Below are positions 8,170 through 18,085 of a stretch of DNA of 64,000 nucleotides, piece after piece. The translations under genes and the position numbers were made by a program. The notes beneath the pieces were generated by a model. The model was not told the origin of the DNA. It saw nothing but the letters and a program-made list of their open reading frames with translations, and ran no database searches. The DNA is from a bacterium (GTDB lineage: Bacteria; Zhuqueibacterota; Zhuqueibacteria; Zhuqueibacterales; Zhuqueibacteraceae). Location: assembly GCA_044869275.1 (NCBI GenBank), contig JBIOXB010000230.1, positions 32,001-96,000 of the forward strand, in the 5' to 3' direction. Within the stretch, counting starts at the first letter, position 1, and each line of letters begins with the position of its first letter.

Positions 8170-11100
8170 TTACTTGGCCAGCACCATCTTCTTGAGCTGG
8201 GTGAAGTTGTTGGCGCTCAGGCGATAGAAATAAACGCCGGAGGTGTAGCGGTTGGCATTCCACACCGCTTGGTGATAGCCAGGTTGCATGTCGCGATCGA
8301 CCAGTGTTTCGATCTCCTGGCCGACGGAATTCAAAATGACCAGTTTCACGCGGCCCTGCACCGGCAAGGCAAACGAGATCGTCGTTTGCGGGTTAAACGG
8401 ATTAGGATAGTTGTTGTCCAAGGCGTATTCGGTCGGAATTTGAACCTCCTGGCGACCTTCAACACGCGTCGTTACGACCGGAAGCTCGTTGGAGAACGCG
8501 CTGACGTTATCGGCAAAGTCCTTGGCCGTGACCGCGTAAACATAGGAAGTATTGCCTTGGATGGCGTTGTCCTGATATTCCAAGCTCGTCACCGTCGCGA
8601 GGGCATCGCCAAAATTGGGAGCGCTTGCCAGGCGGCGATACACGGCATAAGAAGCAGGTTCTTCGTTGTCCGGCTGGGTCCAGCTCAGGTGCACGACGCC
8701 GGCTTGAAATCCGCCGCTCAATGTCGGCGCATTCGGCGCTAGATCGTCGGTCGAAGTGCCACACGCCTCATTGGAATTGGCGAACACCGCCGGGTTGGCC
8801 GTGTGCGCGGAAATAATGAAGCAGGTTGAGGCGCCGTCTTGCAAAGTGGGGGCTACGTAATTATAGTCCGGGTCAGAGTGCGCCAGCACCACGGCGATAA
8901 AATCCCAAGCCTGGGCAGCGCTCGCGTCATAGAAGCGGGTGCCGGGTTTGAGATCCTCGACGTTCGCGATCATGGCGAGGCGGTTTGCCACCACCACACT
9001 CCCGCCTTCAGGCTGGAGATTGGTGCCGGCGATTTTGCGCCATACGCCGTAATGCGTGATCCGCACACCGGCGATGCCGCCATCGTTCGGTGAGCGCGTC
9101 CAGCTTAAACGCACTTGCTTGCCTTGATCACTGGGGATATCGTTGACGCCGGACAGCGTCGGTGCTTGTACGCCTTTCCCGGTAACGGCGACGTTCCAAA
9201 CGGTCCAATCGGCGTCATTCACAGCTTGATAGCGGAAACGAATCCAAACATTAGAATAACCCGCCGCCCAGGGAGTAATATCCATAATCGCGGGCCGCAA
9301 ATTTGCCGTGAAGAAAGCCGGGCCGCCATAGTTCTGGCCGGTTTCGGGATCAATACCACGCAAACGCTCAGAACCTGGGACATCATTCCAAGTGCTGCCG
9401 CCGTTGTTGCTCACGCCCACGGTAAACCTCGTAAAGCCGAAGCCGCCCACGCCCAGCGATTTAAATGTAAGCAGGGCATTGGAGGCCACACTGCTGAAGT
9501 TGAGATTGGGAATGATCAAGTCTTCATCCTGGGGCCGGCCCAACGAATCGAACAACACATAGGCGCCGGTGTAATCCACGCCGAGATTGACATTGGGCAC
9601 CACCGCGGAGGCCGTGGTTTGCCAGGTGACGACGCCTGGTTCCGATCTCGAAGTGTTGACTTGAAACCCGCGTGCCACCAATTGCGAAGGCGTGGGGCTT
9701 TCCGGTGCGTTCCACAAGGCAGAAGAGAAAAGCACGCTGCCGTCGTGCACCACGAACGGTGAGTAGCGCGCATCGCCAAAGCCGTCGGGGTCGTCGGTCG
9801 CCACCGCGGTGGTGTCATTGGAACGATCCTCGTCGTTGCCCAGGCGGGTGAATGCTCTGATGCGGTAAACGCCGGGAGCCGCTGGCGTCCAGGTATTCAC
9901 CGAAGGAATGGCCTCGCTGCCGCCGGGTGGGATGGTGGTCGCGCCACGGCCCACCACGGAAGCAACCGCGGCGCCGGTGGCGTTGTTGAAAATCGTTCCC
10001 TGCCACTGCACGTTGCTCTGCGGATTCGAGCCGGTGTTAGTGACATTCAACGTGAAGGTCGCGGCCTCACCCACTCTGGCGGGGAAAGGAATGCCGACAT
10101 TGACCGCTGCAATGTCATCTTGAATGGTTTCACCGACAAGATTGAAGTCATCAATGAACAGGCCACGGCCCGTGGTGTGCGCGGCTCCCGTGCCGGCCCC
10201 GTCATAAGCAAACACAATTCCGATGCGGACGTTATCGCCGGGAGACAGCGTGCCTCCGGCGCCGGTCAATAAGACATTTCCCGGCACAACGGCATTCACC
10301 CAGTTGGGGGTTGGGTTAGGCACACCAGTGGCGGTCGCCACAGGAGCCCCGGGCGCAAAACCTTCCGCCGTCATGCTTGATTCGCCACTTTCACCACCGT
10401 TATCGGTGAAAATCACGCCACCGGGCCCGGAAACGGCAATCGCGTCCAGCGCAAAAATAGCATTAGCCTGAACGAAACCAAAATCGCCGTTCTCGCTAAA
10501 GCGAAGTTTGATAGTTTTGCCGGCAAACGCGTTGAGGCTGACCGTATGGCTGGTCCAAGTCGCTGTACCGCCGCCAGCGCTTCCATCGGGGCCGTCAAAT
10601 GACGCAACGGAGGTATAGGTCACAAAGTTATCGTCAGACGTAAAGACATCGACTTTGTTAAAATCGAATTCCGGCTCGGAGATGGACTTGTAAAGGAAGC
10701 TCAAGCTGATCGGAGCTGCCACGCCGGTTAAACTAATTTCCGGCGTGGTCAAGTATTGCCGGCTAAACTCATCATACGGAGGAGTTCCCGGGTTGTGTAT
10801 TGCCCAGCTACTGGTGCCGGCACCGGGATCGCTCGTATCAAGAGCCCATAGAGCTTCATCTTTGCCGAGGTACACACGAATTTGATTCACCGCATTCGCG
10901 GCGTCCCAATCCAACCAAAAATCCATGGTTAAGCGCGCCAATGGTGCGCCGCCTTCAACCGTTGTGGGGAGCGTAAAGCCTGGTGACATCACCATGTCCG
11001 TGTTCGAAGGTGTGACACCGCTTTCACGCCAGCTTGTGGTCACACTGTGAGAGTTAGTGGCCGACGGCGCCCAGTCGCTGGTATTTTCATCCCGGTAGCC

Positions 11101-11412
11101 CCCCGGTGTGGCTTGGATCCCCCAAGTTGCTCCCGCTTGCCACGGTGCCTTTCCGCCTTCGAAATCATCCGAGAATATAACTTCCTGAGCTGCGCTCGTT
11201 TTTGGCAACTTTGATTTTGGGAAATTATTGGCCGTAGCCGATTCATCCGTTTTCAAAGCTGGAATCTGGAAACGTTCCACATCTTTTTTGGAAATAAGTT
11301 TCATCAATTTAGCTTTGGTATCAGGGTTCTTCTTTTTGGCATCGTGCGCAGCAAGAACTCCCAAACCGCAGAGAAAAACCGTCAACAGCAGCACCAGAAA
11401 CTTACGTTGCAT
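8170..11412 (-). CDS. Large secreted multidomain beta-sandwich protein (MAM/InhA-like, CARDB-like, FN3) with a T9SS-type C-terminal sorting domain
   Basis: Signal peptide; FSDDFE and IDDF beta-sandwich motifs; D...ND (CARDB-like); LSW...YVYAVTAKD (FN3); C-terminal YALDNNYPNPFNP...SGVYFYRL...KKMVLAK. Confidence 0.8.
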   Translation of the reverse strand: MQRKFLVLLLTVFLCGLGVLAAHDAKKKNPDTKAKLMKLISKKDVERFQIPALKTDESATANNFPKSKLPKTSAAQEVIFSDDFEGGKAPWQAGATWGIQATPGGYRDENTSDWAPSATNSHSVTTSWRESGVTPSNTDMVMSPGFTLPTTVEGGAPLARLTMDFWLDWDAANAVNQIRVYLGKDEALWALDTSDPGAGTSSWAIHNPGTPPYDEFSRQYLTTPEISLTGVAAPISLSFLYKSISEPEFDFNKVDVFTSDDNFVTYTSVASFDGPDGSAGGGTATWTSHTVSLNAFAGKTIKLRFSENGDFGFVQANAIFALDAIAVSGPGGVIFTDNGGESGESSMTAEGFAPGAPVATATGVPNPTPNWVNAVVPGNVLLTGAGGTLSPGDNVRIGIVFAYDGAGTGAAHTTGRGLFIDDFNLVGETIQDDIAAVNVGIPFPARVGEAATFTLNVTNTGSNPQSNVQWQGTIFNNATGAAVASVVGRGATTIPPGGSEAIPSVNTWTPAAPGVYRIRAFTRLGNDEDRSNDTTAVATDDPDGFGDARYSPFVVHDGSVLFSSALWNAPESPTPSQLVARGFQVNTSRSEPGVVTWQTTASAVVPNVNLGVDYTGAYVLFDSLGRPQDEDLIIPNLNFSSVASNALLTFKSLGVGGFGFTRFTVGVSNNGGSTWNDVPGSERLRGIDPETGQNYGGPAFFTANLRPAIMDITPWAAGYSNVWIRFRYQAVNDADWTVWNVAVTGKGVQAPTLSGVNDIPSDQGKQVRLSWTRSPNDGGIAGVRITHYGVWRKIAGTNLQPEGGSVVVANRLAMIANVEDLKPGTRFYDASAAQAWDFIAVVLAHSDPDYNYVAPTLQDGASTCFIISAHTANPAVFANSNEACGTSTDDLAPNAPTLSGGFQAGVVHLSWTQPDNEEPASYAVYRRLASAPNFGDALATVTSLEYQDNAIQGNTSYVYAVTAKDFADNVSAFSNELPVVTTRVEGRQEVQIPTEYALDNNYPNPFNPQTTISFALPVQGRVKLVILNSVGQEIETLVDRDMQPGYHQAVWNANRYTSGVYFYRLSANNFTQLKKMVLAK

Positions 11413-11746
11413 ACCCTACCTCCAATTGCGGTTAAAAGTTTGAACGGATCTGAAAATAAAGGGGGGTGAAGTAAGAAGCATCAATAGCCGGGCCTCGCCT
11501 CCTTTCCGGAATGGGTGAGATGGATGCACGCGCAGATTAGGCGCGCCAAATATGGGAAATCAGCAGGCGAATGTCAAGCGCATAAGTGGCTGCCGCCGGG
11601 AATCGCATCCTCCGGCGTGCGTGTGGCGGTGCTGGAAAAGCCGGCGAGCTGCCTCCGGGTAAAACTACTTGACCATGAGCAAACAGTACTATACTTTACA
11701 GCTAAAGCAACGCATCGCCACGCCAACCCTAACATTCCGAGAACGC

Positions 11747-12076
11747 ATGACCATTCCATGGACAAAAGTCGCCGGCACGATTTACCAAATGGGGAAAGTC
11801 CTGCTCACGGGGAAAGAGCTGGCCGCGCAGGCCAATGCCCTGCTGCAAGAGCGCAAGCGCACGCTGGATGATCAAGAAATGGTAGCCAGCCGCATGCAAC
11901 AACTCGAAGCGGCCCTGGCCAAGCAGATGGAGCTGAACCGGCAAAATCAACTGCAAATGGAGTTGCTGCGCTCCGCGCTCGAGGACATTCAAAAGAGCTT
12001 GCGCCTTACGGCGACGATGGCGGCGGTGTCCCTGGTGCTCAGCCTCGCCGCCTTACTCTTCGCGATACTCAAATAA
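11747..12076 (+). CDS. Hypothetical coiled-coil protein with a C-terminal TM anchor
   Basis: Heptad-rich Q/E/L segment and a hydrophobic C-terminus; followed by a terminator. Start uncertain (11669-11747). Confidence 0.6.
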   Translation: MTIPWTKVAGTIYQMGKVLLTGKELAAQANALLQERKRTLDDQEMVASRMQQLEAALAKQMELNRQNQLQMELLRSALEDIQKSLRLTATMAAVSLVLSLAALLFAILK

Positions 12077-12080
12077 AAGC

Positions 12081-12116
12081 AAAAGCCCTCGCTGAATCAT
12101 TCATTGAGGGCTTTTT
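12081..12116. terminator. Probable bidirectional terminator
   Basis: AAAAGCCCTC...GAGGGCTTTTT between convergent genes. Confidence 0.65.
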
Positions 12117-12199
12117 CTATGGGTGGAAAGCGGAGATGGGATCTCCGTTTTTTTTTGACATGACACTTCAGTCTGTGGATGTTGGGCAAAAACCCTAAT

Positions 12200-12348
12200 C
12201 TAGTGCACCGTCACCTTAATTGCTATACCCGCAGCCATGTCATTCTGAAAGAATCTTGGTTGAATCAAGCACTGTGATTATGCTGCACAGGATTCCTTCT
12301 GAATGACATAGTCAAATGGTTACATGAATTATGGTGACAGTGCACTAG
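12200..12348. mobile_element. MITE-like element A (149 bp) with an internal REP-like palindrome
   Basis: 22-bp terminal inverted repeat CTAGTGCACCGTCACCTTAATT / AATTATGGTGACAGTGCACTAG (2 mismatches); internal arms ATGTCATTCTGAAAGAATC / GATTCCTTCTGAATGACAT; second copy at about 34831. Confidence 0.8.
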
Positions 12349-12361
12349 TAATGAGGTAGTA

Positions 12362-12943
12362 TTAATCCGCGCTGAATTGATTTCTCTCCTCGAGTATCCA
12401 GTCAACCGCTGCACTCAAATCGCGCGCGACAAAATCCGCGGCAAAGTTTTCCTCCTGCAAAGATTGCTCGCCGTACCCCGTACGCACCAAAATGGTCTGC
12501 AAGCCTACGCGCTGGCCGGCTGCCAAATCAGTGGTGCGGTCGCCAATCACAAAGCCGTGCAGTTTCAAATCAAGATCCTGCGCGGCCTTCTCCAGCATGC
12601 CCGTCTTCGGTTTGCGGCAGGCGCAATCCTCCTGGGGTGCATGCGGGCAAAAATAGAAGGCGTCAATATGTGCGCCGAATTTTTGCAGATGCTCCTGCAA
12701 AAACCCATGCGTCTGCCGCACGAAATCCGAGGTAAAATATCCGCGGCCGATGCCGGATTGATTGCTGATCACGATCACTTTCGCCCCGGCGCGATTTAAA
12801 CGTGCCACGGCGGCTTCACTGCCGGGAATGAACTCCACTTGTGCGAGCGAGTTCAAATAATTCTTCTCAACAATCAAAGTGCCATCGCGATCCAAGAAGA
12901 CGAAGAACGGCTCGCGCTTTCCTGCCTCAGCCGAAGAGTTCAT
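12362..12943 (-). CDS. gmhB: D-glycero-D-manno-heptose 1,7-bisphosphate phosphatase
   Basis: FLDRDGT, SNQSGIGRG, CPH...CACRKP, IGD. Confidence 0.93.
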   Translation of the reverse strand: MNSSAEAGKREPFFVFLDRDGTLIVEKNYLNSLAQVEFIPGSEAAVARLNRAGAKVIVISNQSGIGRGYFTSDFVRQTHGFLQEHLQKFGAHIDAFYFCPHAPQEDCACRKPKTGMLEKAAQDLDLKLHGFVIGDRTTDLAAGQRVGLQTILVRTGYGEQSLQEENFAADFVARDLSAAVDWILEERNQFSAD

Positions 12944-13505
12944 ACTCGATCAATTCCATCCAAAGGTGCCCGATCAAAATGTGACATTCTTGAATACGCT
13001 GGGTATCGTGCTCGGGCACGACGACGGCAAAATCGCATGCTTGGGCGATGGCGCCACCGTCCCTGCCCAACAAGCCGACAGTGCATACGCCTTTGCCCTT
13101 CGCCGCCGTAATGGCGGCCAGCACATTTTCGGACTGGCCCGAAGTGCTGATGCCGACCAACGCATCCTGTTTTGTGCCGAGCGCCAGCACTTGCCGCGCA
13201 AAAACTTCGCGAAAGCCGTAATCATTACCCGCGGCCGTCAGTATGGAGGTGTCCGTCGTCAACGCGATCGCTGGCAAAGGCCGGCGGTCGTTTTGCAGCT
13301 TCACCACCAATTCCGCGGCCAGATGCTGGGCATCCGCGGCGCTGCCGCCGTTACCGCAAAAGAGAATTTTTCCGCCCTGGGCAATCACACTCGCCAATTT
13401 GTGCCCGGCCGCCAGCATCTCCGGCGTGCGCTGCTCGAGCAGGCGTGTCTTCGCGGCGATACTTTGCTGAATGCGATTCTGAATGAAGCCGTTGTCGCTT
13501 TTCAT
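12927..13505 (-). CDS. gmhA: D-sedoheptulose 7-phosphate isomerase
   Basis: CGNGGSAADAQHLAAE, NDYG, ISTSGQS, RIQECH. Confidence 0.95.
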   Translation of the reverse strand: MKSDNGFIQNRIQQSIAAKTRLLEQRTPEMLAAGHKLASVIAQGGKILFCGNGGSAADAQHLAAELVVKLQNDRRPLPAIALTTDTSILTAAGNDYGFREVFARQVLALGTKQDALVGISTSGQSENVLAAITAAKGKGVCTVGLLGRDGGAIAQACDFAVVVPEHDTQRIQECHILIGHLWMELIEYELFG

Positions 13506-13531
13506 TTGCGTGAAGAACCCTCACCCTTCGC

Positions 13532-13603
13532 TGTCATGCCGTCGCAATCTTTTTACGTACTCACGTTGCACGCAGTTCTTAAAAAGATTCTTCCAGAATG
13601 ACA
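13532..13603. repeat. REP-like inverted pair (TGTCAT...AATCT / AGATT...ATGACA)
   Basis: TGTCATGCCGTCGCAATCTTTTT ... AAAAAGATTCTTCCAGAATGACA; same family as the arms inside element A. Confidence 0.65.
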
Positions 13604-13613
13604 TTTCTAAATT

Positions 13614-15200
13614 TTAATTCAATCCCAGCCACCAAAGTTTTTCCAGCCAAAGTCGCAAAAAAAGGCGCGTTTCATCGCGGCTCACTCCGGCCTGGTTTTC
13701 GAAATCATGATAGCGGCTATGCCCGGCGGCAAAAGCAAGATAAAAATCCCGGTGCGGATGCCAGCGCGCTTCCCCCTCGTAATGCGTGCTGCGCTCGACG
13801 ATGCCGCTGGGAAAAGCTTCGCTAAAAGTATCGCCTTCCGGTAGTACCTCGCGCCAAGGTGTGGAGAAAGCGGAATCGATGCGGCCCTCGCCGCGGCGGC
13901 GGCGCTCGAAAGAAAAGAGCAATTGCACATTTTTCCCGGCATATGCCCGTCCGTGCAACAGCCAGCGATCAAAATCATTGCCGAGAAAATGTGCCAGCGG
14001 CCGGTTGCGGTGCGTGAATTTTTCCCACGAGTTGAGCGAATTGTAGGTGCGATTGGCCACGCGCGTGTATTCGAAACCCACGGTCGCGCCGAAGAATTGC
14101 AGCGGGTCCGCGAAAACACCGCCAATCAACACGCCGAATTCCGTCGGCTCGCGATCGTCCTGGCGCGTTTTTTCGATTTGATGATCGTCCAGAACAAACT
14201 GGCCATAAAATTCCACGCGATCGCGCGGGCGCAACACCCAGTCGAATCCTAAGGAGGTGTTGCCCTTGCGTGCTTCGTTGAGTTGTTCACCGTGAAAAAC
14301 CGCCAGCGGATTCAAATAATACCATTCGAACCCGCGCTCCGGGCCGCCGTACAAGACCATTTGCGTCACCGCGAGCCTGAGCAAACTCGGATGTGGCAGC
14401 CACTCCACGCGCACGGCGGAAAAATAACGCTCGGCGAAATCGCGGCCATACAATTGACGCAACGAATCCGCGAGCGCGGTGGGGTTCAGCTTGGCGGCGG
14501 CGTACTCCAGCCGCAAGTGCTTGAGTCTGACACCCGCATAAAATTGATCCAGGGGGCGCGCCTCGTCCGAGATGAGCAATGAAGCATCGTGGCCCCGTCC
14601 CCATTGCAGAAAATCACGGCCAAATTTAACCAGATATTTGTCGAAATGCAAGGAAACGTAAGCCTGCTCGGTGAAGCCCGCGAAGCCGCGCCAGCGCTTG
14701 CCGAGGTAACTCGGATCATCGCGCAATTCCTGATCCATGCGGATGGAATTCACCAGGGCGACGTGGCGATCGGGGAAAATGCCGATCTGCGTGCGCAACG
14801 CGGCGCGGGAGCGTGAAAACTCGCCGAACTTTCCGGCCTTCTCCTGCCCACGACCGCCGGCCTGCAGCCAGGATTGGCCCGAGCCGGGCACGGCAACGAA
14901 TTCCTGCAAGCGTTGCCGCCAAAAACTCTCCGCAGCCGATAGGCTTTGTGCGGAGAGCGTGTCCGCAAAGCTGGCAAACTCGCCGGTGGTAATAGGCTGC
15001 CGGTCGAAATACCAAGCGGCCTGCCGGTGGCGCAGCGCGAGCTGCTGCGCATAATCATAGGCCCAATGATCCGCCGGAACCGAGGCCTGGTGTTGCGCGC
15101 GAAGAAGGGCTGCGTTTGTCGCCAGCAACTGCAAGGCCAGAAACCATGCGATCCGGTGCGGCAATCTCGCCGCGCGCGCGGGAAATACTACCTTCATCAT
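13614..15200 (-). CDS. Capsule assembly Wzi-family outer membrane protein
   Basis: Signal peptide, SVP.DHWAY, GRDFLQWGRG...SLLISD, YGQFVLDD; beta-strand-rich; located in a polysaccharide locus. Confidence 0.7.
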   Translation of the reverse strand: MMKVVFPARAARLPHRIAWFLALQLLATNAALLRAQHQASVPADHWAYDYAQQLALRHRQAAWYFDRQPITTGEFASFADTLSAQSLSAAESFWRQRLQEFVAVPGSGQSWLQAGGRGQEKAGKFGEFSRSRAALRTQIGIFPDRHVALVNSIRMDQELRDDPSYLGKRWRGFAGFTEQAYVSLHFDKYLVKFGRDFLQWGRGHDASLLISDEARPLDQFYAGVRLKHLRLEYAAAKLNPTALADSLRQLYGRDFAERYFSAVRVEWLPHPSLLRLAVTQMVLYGGPERGFEWYYLNPLAVFHGEQLNEARKGNTSLGFDWVLRPRDRVEFYGQFVLDDHQIEKTRQDDREPTEFGVLIGGVFADPLQFFGATVGFEYTRVANRTYNSLNSWEKFTHRNRPLAHFLGNDFDRWLLHGRAYAGKNVQLLFSFERRRRGEGRIDSAFSTPWREVLPEGDTFSEAFPSGIVERSTHYEGEARWHPHRDFYLAFAAGHSRYHDFENQAGVSRDETRLFLRLWLEKLWWLGLN

Positions 15201-15216
15201 GATGCTGACGTCCTTG

Positions 15217-16662
15217 TCAAGTTCCTTCCTTCATTTGTGCGACAGGCTCGCGTTCGTTCTGGGTATTAGGCTTCGCCGGCGGAGACACGAGTTTGCGCCT
15301 GGCCACTTCGCGTTTCAATTCAGCCCAGGCAGCGTGCATTGCCGAGGGCGTTTGGCGCTTTTCGGCGCGGCGGAGCAGGCGTGCCCACAGGCCCGGCGCA
15401 GGGCCTTTTTCAAATTGCTCCTGCATGATCGCGGCGTACTGTTGCGCGATGATTTGCAGCGTAAAACGTCTTTCGAACTGTGCGCGGGCCCGGCGGCCGG
15501 CCAGGACGCAGCGGTCGGGATGGCGCACGAGCTCTTTGAGCCTGGCCACAATCGCGCCTTGGTCGTGATCTTCATCAAAATGCCAGCCGCATTCCGTTTC
15601 GCGAATCAGATCGAGCAATTCGCACGGCTTGCTCGCGAGTCCCAGCAGGGCGCGGCCGCTGGCCATGTACGTGTAGATTTTCGAGGGCACACCGAGGCCG
15701 ATCACCTCGCGCTCCTGCGAGACCACGGCAAGATCGGCGGCCGCGAGCGAATGTTCCATCAGCTCACGCGGCTGATAGGGAAAGAACAGGACATTTTGCA
15801 GTTTTTTTTGCCGCGCGGTTTCGCGCAGTTTTTCTTTTTTCGCGCCTTCGCCGATGAAGACAAACCGCACCGGCTCGTCCTGCACTTCCGCCGCCACTTC
15901 CAGCAGGATTTCCAGGCGCTGCCGCCAGCCCATGTTGCCGGAAAACAGAACCACGAACTTATCCAGCAAATCGTGCGCGCGTGCGAAGTGGCTTTCCGAT
16001 TTCGGCATGTGCCGCACCACACGGGGGTCGCACCAATTGTGTATGACGACAGCAGGCGCTTCGGCGTATCGCGCCAGCACCGACCGTTGCATATAGCTTC
16101 CGAGGCAGATCGCGACGTCGGCCCGCTGCAAAATCCAGGTATTCATGCGCCGCCACGCATGATCGAGCAAGCTGCCTTCGCGCAATACACCGACGGCGCA
16201 AGAAAGCTCGGGATGCAAATCATAAAACAGCGCGATGAAACGCTGGCCGCGCAGCCACTTCATCAGTGCGCCGACGAGGTGCAACATGGGCGGATTGGTG
16301 CCAATGAGCAAGGGCACGCGGCGCGGCAGGCGCAGCGCGAGAAAAGCCAGGCTCAAGGTCGCCCAAATCCAATTCAGCGCCTCGCCTTTGCGGTTGGTGC
16401 GCGCAAAAGGCAGTCGCGGCAAGCGCATGACCCGCACGCCCTCGCGCATTTCGCGCCAGGGCGCGCGCGGCGCGTCTTTCACATAACCGGGCTGCAAAGT
16501 GCAGATGCAAATATCCGCATGATGGTGCGCCAGTTCGCCCGCCAACTCCGCAAACAACTGTGCGCTGGAGCCCACGTCGGGCGCGTATTGCTCGCTGAGG
16601 AAAGCAATGCGGTATTTTTTCTGCGCGCCAAGAAGTCTTTGCTTTTTCTGTAGAGCTTTCAC
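15217..16662 (-). CDS. Glycosyltransferase family 4 (WbuB-like)
   Basis: SEQYAPD, TNPP, DLHPE, FSGNMG, PSKIYTYMASG. Confidence 0.88.
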   Translation of the reverse strand: MKALQKKQRLLGAQKKYRIAFLSEQYAPDVGSSAQLFAELAGELAHHHADICICTLQPGYVKDAPRAPWREMREGVRVMRLPRLPFARTNRKGEALNWIWATLSLAFLALRLPRRVPLLIGTNPPMLHLVGALMKWLRGQRFIALFYDLHPELSCAVGVLREGSLLDHAWRRMNTWILQRADVAICLGSYMQRSVLARYAEAPAVVIHNWCDPRVVRHMPKSESHFARAHDLLDKFVVLFSGNMGWRQRLEILLEVAAEVQDEPVRFVFIGEGAKKEKLRETARQKKLQNVLFFPYQPRELMEHSLAAADLAVVSQEREVIGLGVPSKIYTYMASGRALLGLASKPCELLDLIRETECGWHFDEDHDQGAIVARLKELVRHPDRCVLAGRRARAQFERRFTLQIIAQQYAAIMQEQFEKGPAPGLWARLLRRAEKRQTPSAMHAAWAELKREVARRKLVSPPAKPNTQNEREPVAQMKEGT

Positions 16663-16671
16663 TTTTGCGAA

Positions 16672-18078
16672 TCAGTAGGCGTTCTTATCGATCAGACCGT
16701 GCGCCACGGTCATGAAAATGATCTTGAGATCCAAGGCGAATGACCAGTTCTCGATATAATACAAATCGTGCTCCACGCGTTTTTTGATCGAGGTATCGCC
16801 GCGCCAGCCATTGACTTGCGCCCAGCCAGTGATGCCGGTTTTGACCTGATGGCGCACCATGTAGGAGGGCACTTCACTTTTGAATTGCTGCGCGAAAAAT
16901 GGCCGCTCCGGCCGCGGCCCCACCACGCTCATGTCGCCTTTCAAGACATTGATGAACTGCGGCAATTCGTCCAGGCTGGTGCGGCGCAGGAAAGCGCCGA
17001 GCAGCGTGACGCGAAGATCGTTGGGCCTGGTCCACGTGGTGTCGCTGCTGTCTTCGGTTTGCTGCCGCATGGTGCGAAATTTCATCATGCGAAACGGCCG
17101 GCGATTCGCACCATAGCGTTCTTGCGAGAAAAAGACCGGGCCGGGCGAGGTCAATTTTACCAGCACCGTGATGAGTAACAAAAGTGGTGAGGTGGCGGTC
17201 AAAATGACGGCTGAGAAAACGACGTCGAAAATGCGCTTGCCGATGCGATAATTGAGAGAGTCGACCGGCGTGGCGCGCACGCTCACCAGCGGCAGCCCGG
17301 CGAAGTTCTGCACTTTCGTGCGCGGCTGAATGAATTTAAAAAAGTCCGGCACGATGTCCGCGGCCACGCCTTCCTGTTCGCACACTTTCACGATCTTGGA
17401 GATTTTGCGAATGGCCTGCATGGGCAGGGCGATAATCACCTTGTCGACGTTGTGGCGTTCGATGGCTTGCGCGACGTCCTTGGTCTTGCCCAGGACTTTG
17501 AGGTCGAGCTTGTTCTTGAAGATGCCGGGCGCGTGGTGATCGTCTAACAAGCCCACGATGTGATAGCCCATCTCCGGATGCGTGAGCACGCGCTGTGCCA
17601 CGCGCCGGCCAAGCGGCCCGGCGCCCACGATCAACACCCGGCGCAGATTGTAGCCGCGCTTGCGCAGATGATGCAAAATCGCGCGCAACGTCACGCGCTC
17701 GCTGAAAATCAGTACGAAATTCAACACGCCGAACCACACGAAGGTCAGGCGTGAGTAGGAAATTTCGCGGTAAAAAAAGGTGAACGCGCATATGAAAATT
17801 ACGCCGGTGGTGAGGCTGAAGAGCAACGGGCGAAAATCCGCAAAAATGCCCTGATGGCGCCGCGATTGATACACGCGAAAAAACGAAAACAGGCCCGGCC
17901 ACAACGGCAGAATGCAGGCGAGCACGATGGTGTATTGCATGCGCTGATGCGGCCGCGCTTGTTCCAGCAAGCCAGTCTCGAAACGGAGCCAATAGGCAAG
18001 ATAAAAGGTGGCGGCGGTGAGAAACAAATCACCGACTGCCAGCATAAAGATCAGTTTGTGAGAATATTTCTTGAACAT
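16672..18078 (-). CDS. wcaJ: Undecaprenyl-phosphate glucose phosphotransferase (priming glycosyltransferase)
   Basis: KRIFD, KFRTM, LRRTSLDELPQFINVLKGDMSVVGPRPER, GITGWAQVNGWRG. Confidence 0.9.
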   Translation of the reverse strand: MFKKYSHKLIFMLAVGDLFLTAATFYLAYWLRFETGLLEQARPHQRMQYTIVLACILPLWPGLFSFFRVYQSRRHQGIFADFRPLLFSLTTGVIFICAFTFFYREISYSRLTFVWFGVLNFVLIFSERVTLRAILHHLRKRGYNLRRVLIVGAGPLGRRVAQRVLTHPEMGYHIVGLLDDHHAPGIFKNKLDLKVLGKTKDVAQAIERHNVDKVIIALPMQAIRKISKIVKVCEQEGVAADIVPDFFKFIQPRTKVQNFAGLPLVSVRATPVDSLNYRIGKRIFDVVFSAVILTATSPLLLLITVLVKLTSPGPVFFSQERYGANRRPFRMMKFRTMRQQTEDSSDTTWTRPNDLRVTLLGAFLRRTSLDELPQFINVLKGDMSVVGPRPERPFFAQQFKSEVPSYMVRHQVKTGITGWAQVNGWRGDTSIKKRVEHDLYYIENWSFALDLKIIFMTVAHGLIDKNAY

Positions 18079-18085
18079 GGCATCC

